DNA of 64,000 bases. It comes from Protoeuglena noctilucae. Its lineage: Eukaryota. Under the pieces are notes generated by a model, which was not told where the DNA came from, made no database searches, and worked only from the letters and a program-made list of their open reading frames with translations. Below, one piece after another: positions 11,861-23,431 of the stretch (position 1 is the stretch's first letter; each line of letters opens with the position of its first letter). The stretch lies in the NCBI GenBank assembly GCA_958009085.1, contig OY253670.1, forward strand, positions 1,054,001-1,118,000. Reading direction: 5' to 3'. The translations under genes were made by a program, and so were the position numbers.

Positions 11861-14800
11861 TCATGCGCTGGGCACACGAACTAGGAACACCCGCACCCCG
11901 TGGTCGGCGCCACATGAAGCCAGAAGGTACGCAGAAGCGTGCTCGGGATCCCGTGTCCAAGCCAGGCGCTTGACAGGCCCCGCATGCCTGGCGAACCCCT
12001 GCACAGACCAAAGACGAGTTGTTGAGCTCGGCTCATGACACCGACGGCCCCGCACGCATGAAGTGCCAGCAGAGCATCGCCGGGCGACCCCGCCGCCGCA
12101 TAGATGCGCACGTTGCATGCATACGCATGCCCGGGCCCTCACCTCCGCCTGCCAGAGCATGGCTGTTTGAGGACCTTGCGATGACATTGGCACCGACCAC
12201 ACCTCCACCGCCCCCGCCTCCGTCGCCACCCCCAGGATGTACGCTTCCGCCCCCGCCGTCCCCGGCGCCCACGCGACGGCCGTGACGCTGGCATCCCTCT
12301 GGGGCAGGCTGCAGACCTCACGCAAGGCGCCTGGCCCCGTCTCGCCATCCCACGCCTCGCTGCCGGCCGCCCAGACCTTGACGGTCCCGTCGCGCGCCGC
12401 GCTGGCCACGAGCGCGTCGTCGTGAGACACGTCCGCGCTCCACACCACGCGCAAGTGGGCCTTGCTGGCCGCCGCCACGTGACGCCAGGGACAGCCACTG
12501 GCGGTTTCACTGCCAGCGGCCCTCCTGGCGTACAGGTGGACGCTCCGGTCTCGCCCCGCCGCGACCAGCAGCCGGCCTGACCGCGAGAACCGCAGCTGCG
12601 TCACCGTCAGCGATGGCCCTTCCAGCTGCCCCACCGGGTGCCACGTTCGTGCGTCCCACATCCACACCGCCGCTGCTGGGGCAGTCCGGGCCACACATGC
12701 GCTCGCCACGAAGCGCCCCGTCGGATCGGCCGCCATCGCGTACAAGTCGTCCCCATGCCCGTACAGCTTCTGCGCATAGAGAGCGCCGCATGACTTGACA
12801 CGAGACCAACAGAGACCCTCGCTTGGCTGCATCACAAGCGCAAACCACGTTTGAACCAGACGCCCTCTTTCCTGCTGCACCTCTGGCCGCAGCGGGTTAT
12901 GCTACACACGCCATCCTCCTCACCTGCACCTCTGGCCACAGCGTGTTTTGCGACAGGTGCTCCTCCAGAGGCGCAGTCGTCACCACGCCCGGCCGCGACT
13001 CCCCCACCAAATCCATGTGGAAGCCCCCGTCGTCACCGCCACCGTCCGCACCCCCGTCGTTTCCCATCGGACCTGCTGTGCCAGAGCCATGAGGCCCACC
13101 GGCTGTCCCTGCCGCTCCCGGCACCCCCGTCCCCGTGGCTTGCCTGAAGAGCGCTTGGTTGGAGAGACCCAGAGCCGGCACAGACCCACCCATAGGCACC
13201 ATTTCAGTGGAAGAGACGAGCGCCTGCATCCCCGGAGGCAAAGGTGCGCCCTGCGAGGGTGGATGGGGGGACCGTCATCCAGTCGGATACCTGCCTCTTT
13301 GTTTGGGGCGGCGTGCGACATCCTCACCCCATCTCGTCAGTGCTCCCACCCAATTCAGGCATCACCTGGATCGCAGCGATCGACTCGATCACTGTCGTGG
13401 GCGCTTCAAACACCCGAATGACCTTCTCCTCCGACCCCGACGCGTAGCAGTAGGGCCGCCCGTCCTCAGCTGGCAAAGAGGCCAGGCAACTGAAGTCGTG
13501 ACCATGCACCTGGGATCACAGCACCAAAGGCACATATCAAGTGCAAACACGAATCTCCCGCAAGCTCTCAATCCATCTCGGCACACCATGAGCAACTGCC
13601 GGTGCCAGAGCAGCCACGCTTGCACTGCCACCCTCGCGCACCTGTGGCCGCGCCATCTCGCACCACCGCCCGAGGGCGTTCCTGCCCAGCAGCCGCACCG
13701 TCTGGTCCACCGATGCCGACAGCAGGAAGGGCGCGGAGGGCAGCCCACCCCACGCCACGTCCACCACCGCCCCCGTGTGACCCGTCGCGCACGCCATCGG
13801 GCGCCAACCCAGCCCAGAGCCCCCTGCGCCGTCGAACTCCCCGGCAAGCCTCCCCGCCGGCCCCACCTCCCCCTTGCACCACAGGTGTAGGGACCCTGTG
13901 TAACCATTGGCCACCACCTTGTTGCCAGACGGCGTAAATCGCCCACAGAAGTACCCCAGGCTCGACGGCCCTGCGTCCCCCAGCGTCTCACAAGCCATCC
14001 ATACCCCCGACCCCGCGTCCCGTCGCCACACGACCATCGTTCTGTCCATGGACGCCGTCAGCAGTGAAGGGGTGTCAGTCAACGCACAGGGCAACCAGGC
14101 CACTGAGTGGACCCAGTCCTCGTGACCCAGGAGCTGCGAAAGAGAGTCTGGGGATGGTGAGCCGGCAACAAACAAGAGCGATGTGATGGGACCGCCCCTG
14201 TGGTCCGATGATGGGTGAAGCAGAGGATGAGGCCGAATGGACAGGGGTGCGGGGGCAAGTCAATGATGCATAGATGGTGCACGATTTAGGTTACGAAAAC
14301 GGCACCTTGATTGGAGTGTGGCTCTGAGTCGCACTCACCAGAGAGTCCAGTCGGACGGCGGCAGTGCGTCCAGCGATCTGCACGACGGAGCGAGGGGCGA
14401 GGGCGTCGACGCCGTCGCTCTTCGTCGTGGAGGGTCCGGGGGCCTCGATGGTCCAAATGCGGGTTGAGCGGTCCTGGCTACTGGCTGCCAGCAGGAGGCG
14501 GGCAGCATTCGAGTCCCCACTCGCAGGCGACGGGGAGTCCTGCGGGCCGTCGCTGCGCCCTTCGCTCGCGTCCGGTGCGAGAGCCACGCCCGTGACCCAG
14601 TTGTCCCCCGCAGGCAGGGTGGTGAGGTGAGAGAGGGACCCACCCAGCTGCCCGCCCCAGAGGTGGACACTGCCATCCACCGCGCCCAGGGCCACCAGGC
14701 ACTCGTCCGACGCGTCGGACGTTCCCGGGATCGCCAGCCACGCGCTGCAGAGCGCCTGGCGCTCCGAGGGGCCCCGGGAGAGGCGCGTCAAGGCAGCCAC

Positions 14801-15536
14801 CTCCACCTCGCATGTGTCGGCCGCAGCCTCGCCCCCGGGCCAGCGGCAGCGGCAGGTGTGCAGGGTCGCGCCGGGACCTCCCGCGGTGGCGATGAGGAGG
14901 AAAAAGTCCTCTGGCGCCCACTTTGCTGCTTGCAGCGACGTCAACGGCCCGTCCTCGGCCCTGCAGGAGGGGTGCGTCCAGGAGTGCATGATGCGGCTGC
15001 CCATATCGACCCGACTAGTCGTGAAATGTGCAGACTGTCGAGCTATTCAGGTAGCAGACATCGCCTCAAGGAACGACCCGCCGGGTGCTGCATGCTTGCC
15101 TGATGGTTGCCAATCGCTTCGAGTCCTTCACGCTCCCGAAATCCACCAGCCATATGCATATGGTGCCGTCTGTGGCGCCGGTACACAGCAAGCCGAGCCC
15201 CTGTGCGCTGGCGATGCGCGGCGGGCATGCACGGCTCGGCACCCAGCACACGCTGGTCACGTCGCCGGTGTGGCCCTGAAGCGCCCACAGGGCGCAGTTC
15301 CTGTCCACATCGTAAATGATACAGTTGCTGCAAGCAGAAATGGACGCTTGTTTTCATGGAAGACGCCGATTTCAGCGACGGCAACGCGTCGGCTCCGCTG
15401 GCGTGATGTCCGCGGCACGCAGGGGTCACCTGGAGGACCCATATGCCACGATGCTATCGGAGCCCCACGCGACGCAGTGGGCCGTGCGATTGCAGCCCCC
15501 GCCAATGTGTGAGAGCTCCACCGCCAAGCCGGCCAT
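11861..15536 (-). CDS. ELP2: Elongator complex protein 2 (WD40 repeat)
   Basis: ATG 15536 [111 protein letters not shown] and LASCGADHGVRVF. Confidence 0.93.
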
Positions 15537-15772
15537 TGCTGGGACCACCACTAACCGAACACCATCAGCTGACCGATCCTCACAACTTCGGAGGACGCGG
15601 GACTGATGGTGCGGCCGCGCATCCCTCGCGATGTGTCAGCACTGGCGCCTGATGCGGGGCAGCAAGCGCCCGCCTGCTCCAAGTAGAGCAGGCACCTCGG
15701 GGCCTGTGTGCTGTCACGTGTAGCTGTACCTGATACCTCCATAAAACCATGTCCTAACGCGGCCTGCCCGCG

Positions 15773-18700
15773 ATGGCTGTGCTCCGGGCCCTCGCCTTGG
15801 TAGCCCTCGCGCTCACTGCGGCGCGGGGCTCGGGTCTGGGGCTCGCGGCATCGCCTGGACATGCGGGCCGGCTATCGGAGTATGGGGCCGATGCCATGGG
15901 GGCGAGGCCGGGGGATGTGGCGGGCGCTTGGCCGACCATGACGCCGGGGCCCACTGCGTCCCCCGAGCCCTCGCCTCCGTCGCCATTTCCTCCCTATCCA
16001 CCCCCGCCTCCTCCATCACCACCACCTCCACCTCCTCCGTCACCTCCGCCGCCCTCTCCGCCACCCCCGCCGCCGAGGTGGGGCATTGCAGAGCGCACAT
16101 ACGCATCCAGGTCCTGCCGCGCGTTCGCAGGGAAACCGCGGATGTTGGATGCGTCAGTAGATGCTCCAATTGTCATACATCACGTGTCTTCGCGCGTCAG
16201 CGTCCGATTCTCGCAGCTTGAGGAGCGGGGCGGGGACGTTTGCGTGATACTGTTAGCCCTCTTAAGTTCCGTTCTGGTTGGCCGAACGCCGCTCTCTTAC
16301 ACGCACACGCTTGAGATATCTCGTGTCTTGTCGGTGGCCCTCCTTCTATGCCGCTGTAAGTGGGAAACGCCCGCCTTTCCATTCACGCAGCCCTCCTCCG
16401 CCCCCCGCCGGGCCCGGCCGCTGCTCGATGTACGGGACGTGCGCCTACAGGTGACGAAGTTGTGTTTGTGCGCGCTTTCGTGCAGGACCCGGCGCCCGCA
16501 CGCATCGTAACCGCGTGCCTGGGCCCGACTTTGCAACGCGCAACTCGTCGCCCCTCCACCCGAGTGCGCAGGAAGGACGGGGACCCGCTCCCTTGCTCCG
16601 AAGTGACGTACGCCCATGTTCTTGAGGACGAGGAAGCGCTTTCCACGCTCAGCGTGCTTTGTCCGGACGTCTACGCAGCGGGCGTCGCCGTGGGTGGTGC
16701 CTTCTGGTCCGTGCCCCCGCAGCATGCGCCTGCGCCACCCGCTGCCACTCCGCAGCGCTTGTGTTTTGATGTTTTGCCACTCTTGCCCGCAGCTGCACCG
16801 CGGACCAGGTTGCTACCCTTCAGGCCAACCTGCAGACGCCTGCGGCTCTCACCCAAGGCTGCCCGGCGTGCCTTCGCAACATCCAGCACTTCTTCTGCTC
16901 CCTGACGTGCTCACCGGACCAGGGGCACTTCACCGCCGTCACGGACACCCAGGTTGGGCCCGCTTGCCACCGCGTATGTGGCGCATGGCATGCGACGATG
17001 TTGGGGTCGACACCCACACTCTAACCTTCTGTCGCCACCCCAGGTCTTGCCGAAGTCCTCCGGGCCGGCCGTCAAGGAGCTTGCCTTCGCCGTCGATCAG
17101 GTGAGCTCCCCTGCCACCCCATCTCTTCAGACGCACTGAGCGAGCGCGCATAGGTCACGTCACGGCTGACCTCGCCGCGTTGCATTGCAGGCCTTCGGTG
17201 AGGCGATGTACGTGTCCTGCAAGGACGTCACCTTCTCTGCGGCCAACATCCCGGCCATGAGCTTCCTTGGGGGCGGTGCGAAGAATTACAAGGAATGGTT
17301 TGACTTCATGGGTCTCGTCAAGGACAAACGGGACCCACCGGCGGGGTCGCCTTTCCAAATCGACTTCCCGGACTGCCCAGCCCCAGGGGGAACGCTGGGG
17401 GCCCTCTCGCTATTGCCGAGCGATGGGGTTGGCGGGGGGCGAGGGACGAGCCTCTCCAGCCACCCCCATCTGAGGGGCGCGGGGGCGGGCGTGGGTTCGG
17501 ATGTCCCGGATGCGTGCCAGGGCCTGGTGCCGCTGTCGGGGACCCCGGCGTCGTGCAAGGAGGGGCGATTCCGGTGCTCTTGCGGGGATTGCCCGGACGC
17601 GGACACATGCGCGGTGCCCCCGGCTCCCGGAGGGACGTCCCACTGCTGTCGCATTGCTGGGGCGCCGTGCACCGTCGCGGCCGCCGCCGCCACCTGGCTG
17701 GGCGTGTGCGCCGTGGTGACGTGGCTCGCCGTCGGCGGCAGCGTGGGGGGCGTTCTGAAGGCAGCCGTGCCGTGGCGCAGGCAGGTGGACGTGCACGCCG
17801 ACCTGACGCAGTCGCTTCTGGCGTCCGGCCTGGGTCAGGGCGGGGAGGCGGCGGGTGCCGGTCTGCTCCCGCCGCGCGCGGGCGGCGATATCGCGGGAGC
17901 TCCCGCTGGCTCACGGGCGCAGGACTTTTTGGCGGACAGCAGCGACAACAGCGAAGGCGACTATGCGGGGGGCGACCGAGAGCGCGCCCAGAAGGGTCCG
18001 TGGCCGGAGCGACGCATCCGTGACTGCATGGCATGGCTCGGCCACGCCTGCTCGGGCCGGCGGTGGTGGGTGCTGGGGCTGGCGGTGGTGGCGGTGCTGG
18101 TGGCTTCGACGGGGATGGGGCGACTGGTGGTGGAGACGGAGCCTCAGCGCTTGTGGGTCGGGCCGGACTCGCGAGCCGCGCAGTTCAAGGTGCTTGGCCG
18201 CGGCATAAGCGTGGAGGGCACCTGCACATGGCGGCCAATGCACGCGGCAGCGTTGCGATGGGCGCCTGTGGTCAGCCAAGTGGCAGCAAGGGTCATGGTT
18301 ACACCCCTGATCTTCAACATCTCTACATTATGCAGGCGCGATACGAGGCCTCTTTTGGGAAATTCTTCCGAGTGGAGCAGCTCATCCTGTCGACAACGCC
18401 GGCGTTTGGCGCAAGCGACGCACGGGGTGAGGACGGCGGAGGGAGCGGGAGCGAGAGCGGGAGCGGAGACGAGAGCGGCACCCAGTCAGCGCGGCGTGCG
18501 CCTTCCATCGTTGCCGACGAGGCTATCAAGGCGAGGCGCAGTGCACGGAGACGCGGATGAGCACAGGTGGAATGGGTGGGGTGCTATTAGTCTCTAAGCC
18601 GACCTTGATGCAAGACCTGTCACTCCCGCAGCTTCTCTTCGACATGCAAGACCTGGTGGACGCCATCGCCATCGAGCCACGCGACGTCAGCGGGGGCACT

Positions 18701-21700
18701 CCCAGCAAAGCCAGGGCCCCTGCGTCCCCGAGGGTGGGCAAGACAAGACTTAAGGACCTCTGCTATAAGCCGATGGGTGACGTCTGTGCCACCGAGAGCT
18801 TCCTGCAGTACTGGCAGATGAGCCGCAAGGCTTACCGGTCGGGAACCAACCCGCCCTCGCTCTGCCTCGACAAGTGGACCTCGCAGTGCCTCTCCGCTTA
18901 CGGCGCGCCCGTGGACCCCAGAATTGGTGAGTTAACGAAGTGGAATGGCACAGGCAACGCCTGTGCCTGTGTGCTCCTGTCACACCGCAGTTGCTTGTCC
19001 CCTGTGCGCTCTTGCCGTCTGCACGTCCGTCAACCCTACTTGGGTCTACTTGCAATTGGTTGTCACAGTGCATGCCATGCACTGTATATTCATTGCTTGA
19101 CTCCTTTCGTGCTCTGCAGTCCTGGGCGGGTTCCCCACGGACCCTTCGCAGTTCACGTCCTATGCCGACGACGCGACTTCCTTCGTGGTGACCTATCTGC
19201 TGCTGAACACCGAGGATCTCCAGGCGGACGCGGAGGCGTGGGAGGCGGCGTTCTTGGCACTCGCCCGGGACAAGCTGGGGCCCATGGCACAGGCACACGG
19301 CATGACGCTGGCGAGTCGGGGTTGGGGCGGGATAGACATGCATGTACTAATGGGAGGATGGAGTCGGGCGGAAGGACGTCACCACACTTTTGCCTGCACG
19401 GCAGTGGTCATTCTGTGTTCAGACAGGAGACTAGACACATAGATGTGGTGAAGGTGTTGATCCCTGTACCGCATCATACGTCACGGCATTGGAGCTCTCA
19501 CCTCACCTGGCTGCCGTCATCTCGCGCAGGCCTACTCCACGGAGCGATCGTTGGCGGATGAGCTGGCGAGCGAGAGCACGGCGGACGTGCCCACAGTGGT
19601 GCTTTCGTACCTGGCAATGCTGGCATACATCTCCGTCGCCTTGCCCTCCCCGCACGTCAGCCCCCCGGACGGCGCACCGCCGCGGGCCGGGAGGGGCGTG
19701 GGGGCCGCGTGGAGGCGCCTTTGCCGCCGGCGGACGGGCGGGCGGCGCTCGGGTACGGCGGCAAGCGGTGCTCCGGTGGGCGACAGCCCGAGGGCCATCG
19801 CAGGCGACGCTGAGGGGCCCGGTGCGCCCCCCATTGTGGAGGCGCGCGAGAGCAGCCGCGGCAGGGTCGACCCAGATGACAGCGGATGGTGGGCGTCCGC
19901 CATGCGCCTGGCATTGGGCGTGTACCGGCTGGGGTTGGCGGCTCTGGTCGAGGCCGGTGCATGGCTCACCGGTCGTCTCCGGCTCCTCCCCGGCATCGGC
20001 GGCGTGCTGGTGGTGGCGGCGTCCGTGTCCTCCGCCCTGGGACTGTGCGGGTGGCTGGGGGTCCCTGTGTCGCTCATCGCCCTGGAGGTCACGCCCTTCC
20101 TGGCACTCGCCATCGGCGTCGACAACATGTTCATCATATCCGAGGAGTTCGCCCGCCAGGACCCCCTCCTGCCCCCGGCCCAGCGCTGCTCCCTCGCCCT
20201 GGAGCTCGCGGGCCCTTCCATCACGCAAGCAGCGCTGGCGGAGACCCTGGCCTTCCTGGCAGGCGCACTCTCGCCCATGCCCGCCGTCCGCACCTTCGCC
20301 ATCATCTCCGCCGTCACCATCGCCGTCAACTTCGCCCTGCAGGTCAGCTCACGCACCTCGCAAAGCCCAGCGCACAGCGCCCATCGCTCCAGCCAGCTGG
20401 CCCTTTCCATCGACCCTCACCCCGCGATACACTCGCAGATCACGGCGTTTGTGTCGCTTTTGGTCCTGGACGTCGCCATCCGCGAGAACCCCGGCGCCTG
20501 CTGGCCGTTCCCGGGCGGCCCAACCGGGAGCCTCACCTTGGCAGCCCAGATCTCCACGCCCGTCACCCCGGGTACCCCCGGCACGCCGGGCAGCGGGCCT
20601 CGCGCGCGGGCGTCGACGGACACCCCAGCTGACCGGCAGGCGCCCTTTGGATCGATCGCGTCTGCAGAGGGGCGGCTGTCCCGCGCCGACCGAGCGGCCC
20701 ACCAGGCCCGCCTGGAGGTGGTGTTAGGTGACATCACGGGATCTCGCAAGGGCACTGTGTGGCTCTTCATGACCAAGGTCTTGGCTCCTGCGCTCGCGCA
20801 ACCCCGCACGCTGGCGGTTGTGGGGTGCGCCTTTTTGGGAGCGACCCTGCTCTCCCTCTCGGCCCTCCCGGAGATCAGCATCGGACTCGATCAGAGCATT
20901 GCGCTGGTGAGAAGCCTCCTGAACAAGGCATAGGAGACGAACCCCTGTAATGGGCATCGTGCGTGTGCGTGACCGCACCCCTCGGACGCCGCATGGCTGG
21001 CTGGGTCGTCGTCCCTTGTGCTGACCACTGATCATAAACCTCTCCGCTTCTCTGCGCCCTCAGCCCCGGGACTCGTACCTCCAAGGGTACTTCGCCAACG
21101 TGACATCCTACCTCCGCGTCGGCCCGCCCCTCTTCTTCGTCGTTGACAAGCTCAACGTCACACGCGCATCCTCGGACATATGGCGCGTCTGCGGGGGCTC
21201 CCCCGGCTGCGAGCCGCGCTCCATGCTCTCCCGGATCTCTGTCGAGGCCCGGCGGCCCTCGGTGTCGTTCATTGCAGCCCCGGCCGCGTCGTGGGTTGAT
21301 GACTACCTCGCCTGGGTCTCTCCCGATCTGCCCTACTGCTGCCGGAGGGACATCACAGACGACTACTGCCCGCCGCCCGACCAGTGCGGCGCCGAGCCTG
21401 GCCTGCGGTCGGCCCTGCCGCCCACCATCCCACAACCGGGCCAATTGCCGGCTGTGGCGGGGCACGAGGGGTCGTGCTTCGATTGCGGCCCGTGTTTCCA
21501 CCCGGGAAAGGCTGCGCAGGACGACGCGTGGGAGATGCCGCCGGACGGGCGCCCGGACGTGGCCCAAGTGCAGGCGACACTGCCCTGGTTTCTCACCGCA
21601 CGGCCGTCCCAGGCATGCGCCAAGGGCGGCGCGGGGGTGTACTCGGGCGCCCTCGCTCTCGAGGGGCGGGACGGCGGGGACGGCGGTGAGAAGGGCAAGG

Positions 21701-22829
21701 AGGGCGGAGTGTCGTCTGGGGTGGTGCCAGGGGTGGCGTCTCAGGTGTCGACAACAATGCAGCTGGCCGGGCAGTTGGCTGGGGGCAGCGATGGCGACGG
21801 CTACCCCCGGGTGAAGGGCCTGGAGCAGGGCGTCGTCTCGGCGTCCAGTTTCCGCACCTTCCACACACCCTTGGCCAGCCAGTCCGACTTCACGGGTGCG
21901 GTGCGGTCTGCGTTGCGTCTTTCAGAGTCCATGTCTCGCGACCTGGGCCTGGACATCTATCCCTACTCCGGTGAGCTACTTAGTGGGATGTAACATGGCC
22001 CATTCGCATGCAAGAGGACATCCCAGCCGCTTCTGTCCATTCTCATCTCACAGTCAGGCAGTGTTGGTCCTGGACGGGAGCTGACGCGTGATGACATCTG
22101 CCACCCGCTCATCTCTCTCTCCACCCTCTCTCCACAGTGTTCCACGTCTTCTTTGAGCAGTACCTGACCCTGCGGGGTGACTGCGTGCGTGTCCTGGGCA
22201 CAGCGATCCTTCTGGTGGCCGCGGTGGCGGTCTCCACTCTCGGCTCCCTCTGGGCCGCGTCTCTCCTCATGCTTACCCTCGTGCTCACCGTCGTCGACAT
22301 TTTCGGCGCCATGTGGCTCCTGGGGATCGAACTGAACGCGGTGTCGCTCGTCAACCTTGCCGCCAGCCTCGGCATTTCGGTCGAGTTTGCCGCCCACATC
22401 CTCCACGCCTTCATGGCTGCCGAGGGCACCCGCCGGCAGCGCATGCAGGCGGCCATGGGGTGAGAGACCACCTCATAGACCATCGCCACGCATGCACGCA
22501 TCCCCATACACTCTGGCGTCTCATTGCATCTCAGTGGACCGGGTCGCACGCTTCCTGTGCCGCACCATGCAACCCCCCGCTTCAACCGCCCCTGCAGGGA
22601 GATGGGATCGTCCGTTTTCAAGGGCATCACGCTCACCAAGCTCATCGGGGTGTCCGTCCTGGCCACGGCTCACACACGCATCTTTGAGGTCTTCTACTTC
22701 CGCATGTACCTCTCGTTGGTCCTCGTGGGGGCATCCCACGGCCTCCTCCTCCTCCCATCCCTCCTCGCCTTCATTGGGCCGCCGTCCTTTGCCGCGCAGG
22801 CGAGCGCTGCAGGCAGTGCTGAGACCTGA
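15773..22829 (+). CDS. NPC1: Niemann-Pick C1-like sterol transporter (NTD, MLD, sterol-sensing domain, patched-family TMs)
   Basis: Signal peptide, then [130 protein letters not shown] and [10 protein letters not shown]. The C-terminus may extend past 22829. Confidence 0.93.
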
Positions 22830-23431
22830 CGGAGACCTGACTGCAGGCGGCATCGCTCAGTAAATGGGATGCAAAGACGGAGGGGCGCTCAGCGACCCAT
22901 GGTCTCTGCGTCTCCCCCGCAGAGGGCCCGGAGGTGCGACGGCCGGACATCCCCCGATGCACTGGACGCCTCCTCGTCCCGCCTGGGCCCCGTGGGTCTC
23001 TGGCAGCGCGTGCGCCAGTGGTGGGCCCCGCGCCACCACCGCCGTCGCTTCAGCAGTGCATCCCCCCACCACCAGACCCCCTCGCCGTCGTGACGGGCGC
23101 GCGGGGTGCTGCACTGCGCTCCTCTCGCCAAGCGTCCGTTCCTAGCTGGCGCATGATGAGCTGCGCGGGCATTGGTTGCATGCTAGACCGTGTCATGACC
23201 ATGTCTTACCATCAGCACTCTTTGATAACAGTCATGTGGCACCGAGTTGGGAGTTCAATGGCAGCCGTGAGGGCATATGCTGGCCAGGACGGCCCGCGAG
23301 AGAACGTGCCACGAGCACTGACGCTAACAACCGGACGCAGACACGGTGACGAGGGTCTTGGGGATGGGGGTGACCATCGCAAACAGGGCAATAGTGGAGA
23401 TGGCAAACGAGGTCGGTGGGGTATTTCGCGT

